DNA of 64,000 nucleotides from Styela clava (lineage: Eukaryota): contig NC_135257.1 of NCBI RefSeq assembly GCF_964204865.1, positions 10,664,001-10,728,000 of the forward strand. Reading direction: 5' to 3'. Shown here piece after piece: positions 28,676-39,749 of this stretch. A program made the translations under genes and the position numbers. The notes under the pieces were generated by a model. It saw only the letters and a program-made list of their open reading frames with translations. It made no database searches and was not told the origin of the DNA. Numbering within the stretch: position 1 is the first letter of the stretch; each line of letters begins with the position of its first letter.

Positions 28676-31078
28676 GTTGATAACAAATTTTTTCGCATAA
28701 AATATCTAGATAATTCTTTATTAGTATCTGTACACAAAGCATACAATGATTACCACATCGAATATATTAAACTAAAGTGCTGGGATGCAATTAAGGGCAT
28801 ATTCAGGCAAGACATTTCGATTGTGTCTATGAGACAATACTGAATATTTTTATATCATTACCAAAATATATAGTTAGTGACATTTTAATTTTAGGCTAGA
28901 TTTTTCAGCAGATATATCTTGAATAATAAAGTAAAACCTATACCCTAGTCCCTAATGCTTTTACAGCACTTTCTATATTTTATTATTAAAAAATACTAAA
29001 TATTATAACAGCTAAGTGTATTGTGATAGAACTGAACATCATCATTTCTCAGTTACATTTATCGATAGAACATTAAGCAAATATCTTGAATGTCAGTAAA
29101 CAAAATTGGAAAAAAATCACAAATAGTAAGTAAATCTTCTAAGAGAAACTCAATTTTAAAAATTTGTTATTTTTCACTCCATGCAATTTTCTGCCAAATT
29201 CAAATAATCTAACCTCACTATTTTATATTAAAACGAAATCATATAAACATAGTTGAGAGAATTCGGTTCCGCATGAATAATCGCATCTCAAACCAAAAGC
29301 TGATAAAACGATGAACATGAATGAAAACTACGACATATTATTAGTTTTTGTTGAACAATACGATGTTTTAATTATCGATGGCCAAAATTGAATAATCTAT
29401 TATTACAAATATATTCTGAAGATTTTGAATATAACATTCCAAATATATATTAAATTGGAACATTTTCAATAGCAATATTTCCAATTTGGTTTTAAATTTA
29501 TGGAGATTATTTGATGAAGTAGAAAAAATAAATTGATATATCTTTATTCATTTTTACAGTTTTTAGGAATTGCATCTAAAGATACTCAAGAGGTCATATC
29601 AATTGCGAGCCATATGGCAGCATTTACTAATAGAATGGAAATTCAGATGTAAATGAATAATAAATTATACAGTTATATCTAATCTCAATACAGTAATACT
29701 AACTTTTGGTATTTATACCAACTAAATAATGACTAATGTTAACAATGTCTGAATATATTATGACCATCAATATTATCTGTGCATCATGCCTCATCAACAT
29801 TTTGGAATACAGTGGAGTAGAATAGCACAAACAGACACTACACCGTCTATAGGCCACATCTCTAACTGTTCTATTCCAGTCCTAAGTCAGTAAGTCACAG
29901 TTTCTACCAGTCAGTCTGTGTAAAGATATAAATGATTTATGCCCAGACTGCCAGATGTGGAGATATGTCATTGATGTTGACCATGTTTAAACCAATTCAA
30001 AAATTACAGAGAAATTATAGTCTAAATTAACCAGACAGTGAAGCAGGTATTCCAATCCGGACTTTCCTAAAACAAGAAACATACACAAGACATGTACCGG
30101 TATGGTATAAGTGACGATATTACCTTATTGGGAAAAGCCTACGGGAAGACAGCATCATACTGTCATAAAACTGATACGTGAGGAGAAACGGCATAACATT
30201 ATAGCGTTGTTCTCTTCCGTGGCGCTATGATCTGATGACATAATCGTACGCTAGGCCAAATACTATGATAACGTAAAAGATCACGGCATCAAGCTGGGAA
30301 TGAGGTTTGCCTAAATTCCCCACTCGTCTGCTCGTAGAAAAGAAGGGAATGAAAACATCTTGTTTAGTTTTAATTCCTGTATTTCATCTGTTTATCCTCA
30401 CATGCCTCTAGCTGAGACCTTAATTAAACGAAGTCTGGAAAATTGTAACCTGTAAATTAATTAAATGATATAACGAAGTTATATCGAAACGAAATCGTTA
30501 ACACATCTATAAACAGGACCGACCATATAACTTTGAAAATAAGCAACCGAGAAATTTGACAAGAAACGCCGCGACGAGCGTCAGAGGGCGAGGCGACGTC
30601 ACGGCTCGTCGTACACAAAAGTCACATGACCAATCAAATAAGAGCCTCGGGGCAATATCAAAACACGGTTCACGACTTTGTTTTTAATACCATATCAAAT
30701 AATTGTACGCAAATGAATAAAATTTAAAATTAATAAGTCAGTTTTACCGTTGTTATGATGCATATAAGACAATCAAGAAGATTCGCCCGATCGTCTGAAA
30801 ATAGTGAATGATCGATTTGTTGAATACCTACCACTGGGGGCGATAAAGAAACAGACAAAACTCTCTCGTCGGTCATTTGTTTTTCAACCGTCAGCTACTC
30901 ATCCGCTTCTTTTTAGTCGCGCTGCCTTCTTGACTTTAGGATATGGACTAAACTCGTTTGCTTTTCCCACAAGGAATATAAACATCGATTGAAGATCAAC
31001 TTGGATATATGTCTAACAGTTATAGCTCATGATCTTTATTTGATACATTGACATGAGCTTTGTCGAGACCGATAGCTA
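28669..31078. repeat. Tandem segmental duplication, copy 1 (alpha-catenin ATG through the divergent promoter)
   Basis: Collinear with 31079-36411. For example, aactcatgttga...atatctagataattctttatt occurs at 28669 and 31078, and ctttgtcgaga at ~31058 and ~36391. Confidence 0.95.
30567..30670. promoter_or_regulatory. Putative bidirectional core promoter, copy 1
   Basis: CpG-dense island in AT-rich DNA between head-to-head genes. Contains a CRE-like GACGTCAC, an E-box GTCACATGAC, CCAATCA, and the inverted pair CGACGAGC/GCTCGTCG. Confidence 0.65.
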
Positions 31079-32279
31079 ACTCATGTTGACAAAAAAAAAA
31101 TTCTTATGAAATATCTAGATAATTCTTTATTCGTATCTGTACACAAAGTATATATATAATAATTACCACATCAAGTATATAAAATTAAAATGCTGGGATG
31201 CAATTAAGGGCATATTCAGCCAAGACGTTTCGGTTGTGTCGTAAATGTATACTGTTGTGTCTATGAGACAATACTGAAATTTTTATATCATTACCAAAAT
31301 ATATTGAGTTGACGATATTTTAATTTTAGGCTGGATTTTTCAGCACATATATCATAATCAAGTAAAACATAAACCATAATGCTTTTACAGCATTTTCTAT
31401 ATTTTATTAAAAAAATACCAAATATTATAACAGCTAAGTGTGTTGTGATAATACTGAACATCATCATTTCTCAATTACATTTATCGACAGAACATTAAAC
31501 GAACATCTTTAAATGCCAGTGAATTAACGTGAATAAAAATACCACATATTATTAGTTTTTGTTAAACACAGTGTTTCAAATATTGATGGCCAAAAATGAA
31601 TAATATACTATTACAAATATAAATATATATTCTGAATATTTTTTGATATAACATTCCAAATGTATATTAAATTGGGCCATTTTCAATAGCGATACTTCCA
31701 ATGTTGTTACAAATTTATGGAGATTATTTGATGAAGTAGAAAAAATACATTGACATCGCTTTATACAATTTTCCATTTTTACAGTTTTTAGGAATTACAT
31801 AAAGACACTCAGAGGTGGTCATAACAACTGCGAGTCACATGGCAGCATTTATAAATAGAGGGGGAAATAAATGCATATAGACAAATTCTGCTTTTGGTAT
31901 TTTAACTAATTAAACAGGGTTGTCCAAAACGAATCCAATATCAAAGTATTCGAATACTTTTTTGGATGATTTTTGAATAATTCCGAATAATAGCCACTTT
32001 GCGCCGTCATCGAGATGTTTTGTTTTAAAGAGAAATCTTCGAACCATTTTCCGAGCTTTATCAGGAAATGCAATGACGGCAAATAGTATCGGGATGGTAC
32101 TGTCGACTTTTTACTATGATTTTCCGTTGCGACAATATATTCAAATTCATGAACGATAAAGACATTTAAAATAATGATAAGCATTTTAATGCCCCACCGT
32201 AATAATCAAATTTCGTTTAATTAACGTAACTCATTGTTGCGTTGACGAACGAAGAAATAAAAGTATTATTATTCAATAC

Positions 32280-33400
32280 CACGCAATCTGCGGACATAAA
32301 TTGTGTGGTAAACTGCCCGATTATAATTAATTTTGTATTCCCATTTTTGTACTTACTTATGGACTTTCAACTAGGATGATTTCCTGTTGAGGCAAAATAT
32401 TCAAATCCATGACCATGACCGATAAGAGCATTTAAAATATGCCTTTCCGTATTAATTTAATTGTGTTTAACATACCTCATGGCTGCATCGACTCTCGAAT
32501 AAATAAATGCACTTCTACATTTATACGGCGACGGCAATCTATGGACATAAAATTTGTGGTAAATTGCCCGATTTTAATTAATTTTTGATTCCTAGTTTCG
32601 TTTCTATGAAAAACAATAACATTACAACTTTAAAATATGCGGCAATCTGTGGACATAAAATGTGTGGTAAACTGCCCGATTTTAATTTGTGATTCCTAAT
32701 TTGGTTCTTACGAAAAACAATAGCATTACAACTTTAAAATACGCGGCAATCTGTGGACATATAATGTGTGGTAAACTGCCCGATTATATTCAATTTTTGA
32801 TTCATATTTTCGTACTCACGGAAAAATAATTTAAACTTCCACCCACTTTTGGCAAATAATGATTGTTAAAAGTGGTTCCATTACATTTGAACCCACGTAC
32901 ATTTGAACCCATGACAATTGCACCTGTATGCTATTGCACCTATGGAATTTTTTTTGTTTCACGGATAGTTAAACCCATGCTAACCCTAACCCATGGGTTT
33001 TAGCACCCGCATATAGATTGAACCCGTGGATATACGCATGGGTTCAAATGTACATGGGTTCAAATGTACGGTCACCGTTAAAAGTATATATGGACTTTTC
33101 TGTTGCGCAAAATATTCGAATCAATGACTGATAACAGCATTTAAAATGCTTCGCGGTATTAATTTATTTCTGTTCAACGTAACTCATGGTCTCGTCGTCC
33201 TACAAAAAAATAAAAGGATTACTTTTATTAAAATAACTGTAAAATCAATCCTGCGGCAATCTGTGGACATTAAACGTATGGTATGGTATACTGCCTGGTG
33301 GTAATTAATTTTGATTCGTACTGTACTTACGAAAATAAAAAGGACATGCTACTATAAAATATCACGGCAATCGGAGGATATAAATTTTCTGGTAGCCAGC
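32280..33400. repeat. Degenerate tandem array with ~105-bp core unit (GGCAATCTGTGGACATAAAATGTGTGGTAAACTGCCCGATT)
   Basis: Six copies of the core at ~32283, 32533, 32641, 32745, 33255 and 33366, interrupted by the MITE at 32874-33076. Confidence 0.85.
32874..33076. mobile_element. MULE-like MITE with 9-bp TSD
   Basis: Perfect TSD GTTAAAAGT at 32865-32873 and 33077-33085. Inverted doubled TACATTTGAACCCA motifs. Internal TAACCCTAACCC. Confidence 0.85.
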
Positions 33401-34152
33401 TTGTAGGTAACAGTGATTCCACTGTTTATTGTATGCTGCTAATTCCTTCATGCGCTGAGATAAGCTTCATTAACTTGAATTTATTTTTGAAGTATTCTAA
33501 ATTTCATATTCGAAAATAATAATTTCGAAATAGTGAATTATTCGGTATTGCCCATCCCTGCAATGACTAATGTCAGACACAAAACAGACTCTATCTCTAA
33601 CTGTTCTATTCCAGTCCTAAATCCAGAAATCAGTAAGTCACAGTCTTCCAACCAGTCAGTCTGTGTAAAGAAACAAACGAGAATATCGGTCAGAGACCGA
33701 AGACTTATCGATCGAAAGTTAGGGGATCCCAAAACAGCGCTCTTACTCCATAGTGACACCTTGTGTCCCATCACTAATTAATCAATAACTCGCTAATTAT
33801 GACACATAATTCGCCCAAAATCAATAGGCTTCTGGTCCGAGATAAGATGAATGCACATGCAAAATTTGGAGCAGATTCAATCTTATTAAAATCGATAAGT
33901 AATGACTTATGCCCAGATGTGGAGATTGGTATGTCATTCACCACGTTTCAACCAATTCAAAAATTACAGAGAAATTATGATCTCAATTAACCAGACAGTT
34001 AAGCAGGTATTCCAACCCGGACTTTCTGAAACCAAGAAACATATATACACAAGATATGTATGATATAGGTGACAACATTACCTTATTGGGAAACGCCTAC
34101 GGGAAGACGCATCAGAAAACTGATACGTGAGGAGAAACGGCATAACATTATA

Positions 34153-34515
34153 AGTATAAGTTTATTTCGACTCCACATTCAGCAATAGACCATAAAATAA
34201 TAGATAAAAACAAAAAACAGAAGTAACTGACTATAGAATCGGGAGAGCAAACAAAACCTCAAGTAAGGTTTGAAGCGTACAGATTTTAGATGGAAAGGTA
34301 TTGATAAAAGAAGTAGTAGATGTTCGCTCACCCAAAAGTAAAAAAAAACTAATTAAAGCACGCACGCACACACACACACAATCAACGAGACACGATAAGG
34401 TCGGAAGTGAAAAAAGTGAGACTTAAAATCAATTAAATTACTCAGTAAAAAGAAAAATATACAAACAAATGAAAAAAAAAATTAATAAATTCTTTTGCCA
34501 CACCAAATTAATAAT
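34153..34515 (-). mobile_element. 3' tail of a non-LTR retroelement (CR1/L2-like)
   Basis: On the minus strand: hairpin AAACCT-tacttg-AGGTTT, a T-rich tract, then AATAAA and a short tandem tail (cttata). Absent from duplicate copy 1. Confidence 0.55.
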
Positions 34516-34520
34516 TTTAT

Positions 34521-34794
34521 GAGGATTGTGGCACATCGTGCTAAGCGTTAGGAATACGCTCGCCACCGCATCTCTGATTACCCTTTGTGGGATCGCAGGT
34601 TCGAATCCCATGCGGGGATGATCATGTTCGAGAGGATTGCTGGACTCCTCGCCGCCGTAGGGTGGTTCAAGTAAGCGCTGGTCGGTTACCCGACCTTGAC
34701 TGGTAACCGGACGAGAGGCCGTGGATCGCCATATGATTAAGCCGTCTTATCGACTTTCCTCTCCCCCGGGATAAATATGTAAATCCTATCCTAT
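34521..34794 (+). mobile_element. tRNA-derived SINE
   Basis: A-box-like TGGCACATCGTG, B-box GGTTCGAATCC, GC-rich body, tail AAATCCTATCCTAT. Decayed relatives at ~20660-20870 (+) and ~10910-11060 (-). Confidence 0.8.
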
Positions 34795-35243
34795 GGACCT
34801 TTCCCTGAGCATCAACTTCCTTGTTTACTTCGTGACATTGGCCAATAAGCAAGATGCAAAAAGTGACGTAACAAAGCTCTCTTTTCGCATCCGCTCAGAC
34901 ACTTTTCTCACTCAGACAGATTTTCAAGCGTGGTCGTAAACACTACCTCGTTTTCGCGTTTTTGAACGTTATTCGTTAGTTTACTGTTGTGTTTCGGAAA
35001 CTTAAATATAAATCAGATAATCCAATGATCACTCTGTCTTCCTAGGAGTTTTAATTTAATTGCAGTTATAAAAAATTTGTGTAGAAATGCTGTGATAGAC
35101 TAGGCAAAAATTCCTTACCGGTACTTTTAAAAAACAGATTGTTGTATGCGATGAATCATAATGATGGTTTGAAACACATATCCCACTTTACAGGCGCCAA
35201 CTCGCAACAGCACTTTTAAAATAGCCTCGAAAATTTTGCAATG

Positions 35244-35520
35244 TCAGTCAGTAGTTTATTTTATCACAAACCGAATGTAAACATTGACGAACAAAATTGA
35301 AAAAATACATTTCAGTGTGAAGGGAGACCCGATAAACCAGAGAAGGTTATCGAGCAGCGTCACCTTTGAGGGATGGTAAAGTATAGGATGGTAAAGTATA
35401 GGAGGAATTTTTCGGGGGTCAAAGGTCGGGGAAAGGTCCATCCTATTGCCAAATTGGATACCGAATTAATTCAACAGGAGTAATATACTTGGGATAGAAA
35501 AGTATTCCTCAAAAGAATAT
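35244..35520 (-). mobile_element. 3' tail of a non-LTR retroelement (CR1/L2-like)
   Basis: On the minus strand: hairpin GATAACC-ttctct-GGTTTATC, then AATAAA and a (CTGA)n tail. Absent from duplicate copy 1. Confidence 0.55.
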
Positions 35521-35893
35521 ATAGCCTATATAGCGTTGTTCTCTTTCGTGGCGCTATGATCTAATGACATAATCGTACGCTAGGCCAAATACTGTGATAA
35601 TGTGAAAAATCACGGCATCAAGCTGGGAACTAGGTTCGCTTAAATTCTCCACTTGTAGAAAAAAAAAGGAATGAAAACTTTTTGTTTAGTTTCAATTCCC
35701 GTATTTCTTCTGTTTACCCTCTCATGCCTCTAGCTGAGACCTAAGACGAAGTCTGGAAAATTGTAACCTGTAATCTAATTGAACGATATAACGGACCTGA
35801 AATCAAACGAAATCGTTAACACATCTAAAAGCAAGGCCAGCAGAGCAGACCACATAACTTTGGAAATAAGCAACCGAGAAATCTGGTAAGAAG

Positions 35894-35997
35894 CGCCGCG
35901 ACGAGCGTCGGAGGGCGAGGCGACGTCACGGCTCGTCGTACACAAAAGTCACATGACCAATCAAATAAGAGCCTCGGGGCGATATCAAAACACGGTT
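35894..35997. promoter_or_regulatory. Putative bidirectional core promoter, copy 2
   Basis: Same motifs as 30567-30670, with only ~2 substitutions over ~100 bp. Confidence 0.65.
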
Positions 35998-35999
35998 TA

Positions 36000-36404
36000 C
36001 GACTTTGTTTTTAATACCATATCAATAAATTGTACGCAAATGAATAAAATTTAAAATGAATAAGTGAGTTTTACCGTTGTTATGATGCATATAATAATAC
36101 AATCAAGACGATTCGTCCGATCGTCTGAAAATTGTGAATGCTTGATTTGGTGAATACCTACCACTGGGGGCGATGAAGAAACAGACAAAACTCTCTCGTC
36201 GGTCATTCGTTTTTCAACCGTCAGCTACTCGGCCGCTTCTTTTTGGTCGCGCTGCCTTCTTGACTTTAGGAAATGGACTAAACTTGTTTGCTTTTTCCAC
36301 AAGGAATATAATTATCGATTGAAGAAGATCTACTTGGATATATTTCTAACAATCATAGCTCATTATCTTTATTTGATACATGGACATCAGCTTTGTCGAG
36401 AGCG
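36000..36404 (+). other. Putative non-coding first exon of the ANKRD11/12-like gene
   Basis: Follows promoter copy 2 and ends in a donor GCG|GTAGGT at 36405 (alternative donor TAA|GTGAGT at 36064). No other host gene or obvious promoter was seen before the acceptor at 55954. Start coordinate approximate. Confidence 0.5.
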
Positions 36405-37304
36405 GTAGGTAGCCTAGATTCTGTGCAGACAGACAGACCACCCTCTCTGAACTACCAGACTACGGTATGACCGTATGAAGATATGGTAAACAATCGAAAA
36501 ATCTTGTAGATTGAGCGTAACGAGTTTAATAACTTATTTGTGTGTTGATTTGGTTGTAAATTGTAATCAATTAGGTAACATTGTAGGACAGTATAATTAC
36601 TGAATTAATTCAAGTTAACATCAATGATTTATCCCAATTTAGAGAGAAATCTGGAAATTGAATTAATATCCAGAATATCTACTCCATTCTGAAACGATGT
36701 ATGATCTTCCCTAATATTAGAAATATTATTTGTAGTGAACTACAGTACATTAGTAACGCAGCATGTCTGCACGTACATATGTCTGTATGTATTTGAAATT
36801 TTATTCATTTCATTAAAAAATTTTCGCTTGGTATTTTCTGGCATCATTTGCTTGGGTATGACCATGCCAGATAGAAATAATAAAGCTGAAAACCATTATC
36901 TCACATTAGTGATATGTTTATAATGACCAGCTATACTGGGAGCTTGTGAAATAATGTAGATAAATAATATTATGTATTCGGGTAAAAATTATAAACCTAT
37001 TATGTTCGGCAGTAGAATATATATTTATTATTTTATATTAGCTTTCATTGGATCCACTCACTGGCTGTTGGGTCCATTATCCCAGTTATTGATTTGACCT
37101 ATAAACCTGATATACAGCATATTTTTAGTTTAAAATGATGCTCATTAATCATGCTTAAATAGTCCAGTCTGTGTATAACCTCATCAAATAGGATCAAACT
37201 CAGCAGAATGATATTGGCATATAAATAATATATTGTAATAATTTAAATGCATCATACTAATATTTTTGAGTCTGAAGAAGTATATTCCGTAAGTGCTTAT
37301 ATAA

Positions 37305-37645
37305 GGCCAAACAAAATGTGATATGAAAATGAATGCGGTCACTGTTTAAATAACACCAAACAGAAATGTGATGTAAAAATACTGTCCAATATTTTATTTT
37401 TCAAATTAAAGGCAGTCTCACACGGAATGGTATAAGTACCCTATTTGACATGAGACATACCTGCTTAATTACTCATTGAGTGTTGATTTGAGGTTTGATT
37501 TTAACCAAACACGTTTGTCAAGAATTTCATTCCATGCCAGACAAATATTTATTTAAAAATCATAAAAATTTCATATCACATTTCTGTTTGGCATATAATT
37601 CAAGCAGTTTCGGCGTTAATTTCACATCACATCTTTGTTTGGTTT
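37305..37645. repeat. Inverted-repeat remnant (MITE-like)
   Basis: Two CCAAACA(G)AAATGTGATRT motifs at ~37307 and 37356 face two reverse-complement motifs at ~37570 and 37621. Confidence 0.6.
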
Positions 37646-39545
37646 ATTTAAGGAGTTAGGGCGTTGACTTCTCTAGACCTTATTTTTAAATACATATTTT
37701 GACTTATATCTTAATAAATATTTCTGTATAGCTAGTTTTGTAGACACAAAATGTATCAACTATTATTGCGGGTCTTTTAATTGATGGTTGATTTTATAAG
37801 CTGGTTTTCAAAATTTGGTGGTGTTTGTTATCCTGCTCAAATTCAGTCTGTAAAATGATTTATGTATAAATATTCTGTGAACATAATATCATTAGGTGTG
37901 AGTAGATGTTCAAATATAGTAACTTCCATTGAAATCAAATACCGGGGTTGAAAGAAAGGTTTGCTGTAATACATGGAATCTGTTTTTCTTCTATAGATGG
38001 AGATGCAAATTCACATCCTGCATTTGTATATAATATATTTATTCAAATATCTTAATTTGTTCGGAGTATTTCCCGGCATTTAGATTTATTTTGATGATTG
38101 AAACATTCATATAGAAGTTTTTATATGAATATTTATGACGTTTTAAAAATCTCACATACTGCATCTGAATGGTATTAATTTCATTACTGTAATAGTTACA
38201 TTTATATTTTCCATAGCCTAATATGAATGAATAAATTTATAAGCAGTACTTGAATTGACTTACCGTATTTAAAACTCTTTAAAAGTGATAATATTTCGTG
38301 TTTCCTTGATGCATCCTGTGATAATTATTCAATTATCTATTTTTTTAAGATATTCATACTAGTCAAATAATGCAAATGTGTTTCTGCTTGTAAGTTGGCT
38401 ATGCATAGGCTATTTAAAAGGAGTCTACCATTGGTAATTGGCAAAACATATACCTGTTGGCAACTAGGCCTTATTTATTATACCAACTGAAATCCAAAAA
38501 TAATGACCTGAAGGCCGAAGGGCATTGTTTAAAAAGTCAAATAATCATAATTGAACAGCTTACCGTTTGTAATTTTCTTTTAGAATCATGATTTATCACC
38601 TATATCATTTTGCTACCTAATTTAGACTATCAGAGATGATAATTAATTACAAAACTGAATTATAAAATACTTTAGCGTGCTCCTAGTCCTAACCATAATG
38701 ATATTATGTCAGGGAAATAATTGGCTATTTTTCAAAATAAATGAAAACATCTTAATTGAATAATTATTTTAATAGGTCAATTTCTCTACAAACTTGCTAT
38801 TTATATCACTTTCTCAATTAAAAACTTCACCCCCATAAAAGCATAACTTACAACTAAATGAATAAGTACGATAAAACCTACCGGTATTTAATAATGGTTA
38901 TTGTGTGAAATGATGCCAGCAGGGTAAAAACTATCACAATTATTATTTGTTGGGTTTTATATTCATGGTCTCTGATTAAAACATATTATGAGCTTCTATC
39001 TTTTATGTTATCGTTTGTTGTATGCCTTTATACATGCTTAACTTACACTTCACGCCAAGGGGGGGGGGGGGGGGGTTCTGGGGGTTAGAACCTTTTAAAA
39101 TGTAAGGTACAACAAAAACTTTTTCTTTATCATACGTAGCAATTTTTTCATATCTTGAAATGCTTTTAGACCCCGAAAACCCACGTTTTTTCGGCCAGAC
39201 CTGCTAACGGACCCCCTCAGAAAATCCTGGCTACACCCCTGCTTTGCGTCATGAATTCATTGAACTCTCACTTTCCTATTATGTTTTTGTACTTAAAAAT
39301 GAGCCACTACTGATGTTACTCATTTACTTTACTGTGAAAATTATTTCAAGTAAATTTCTTTTAGATGAACTTGTATCACGAAATTGACTTCTTGTGAAAC
39401 AAAATTTAATAGAAATACATTATAAATCAATAATTATAAATCAAACCTGTTTTGGAGCAAATTAATCATAAATTCAATACTTTTAATTTGTATAATTCTG
39501 CCTTTTTCAATACTTTTTTTTTCAATAGTGAACATATGACTCAAA

Positions 39546-39749
39546 GGCGCTCCAGAAGTGTGTGTACTAATATGGCGGTAACTACTTAATCTTGTTTGCC
39601 TACTTTGCATCAAGCTGTGTAAAGGGACTAAAACGTATGGGAAGGGGATATATTCACATGGCTAACACAGACAGTCCCTGAACTAAAATTGGGAAGAATG
39701 TGAATAAAATTATGGCCTAACCCTAACCTGGTACACACTACGTGCGTAC
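39546..39749. mobile_element. MITE, same family as 17500-17672
   Basis: GGCGCTCCAGAAGTGTGTGTAC...CCTAACCCTAACCTGGTACACACTAC. Degenerate 9-bp TSD TGACTCAAA/TGGCTCAAG. Confidence 0.72.

Larger units (their letters stand above)
31079..36411. repeat. Tandem segmental duplication, copy 2, expanded by insertions
   Basis: Approximate homologous blocks: 31079-31912 to 28670-29725; 33562-33670 to 29728-29925; 33900-34152 to 29931-30202; 35531-36411 to 30202-31078. Insertions at ~31916-33560, ~33671-33897 and ~34153-35530. Confidence 0.95.

Noticed and set aside
32280-33400. Repeat-spacer-like array resembling CRISPR
   Set aside because: The inter-repeat segments are homologous to one another, the units are degenerate, the context is eukaryotic, and there are no cas genes.
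34521-34615. Possible tRNA gene
   Set aside because: It has A/B boxes but no convincing cloverleaf, and continues into a SINE body and tail with decayed copies elsewhere in the window.
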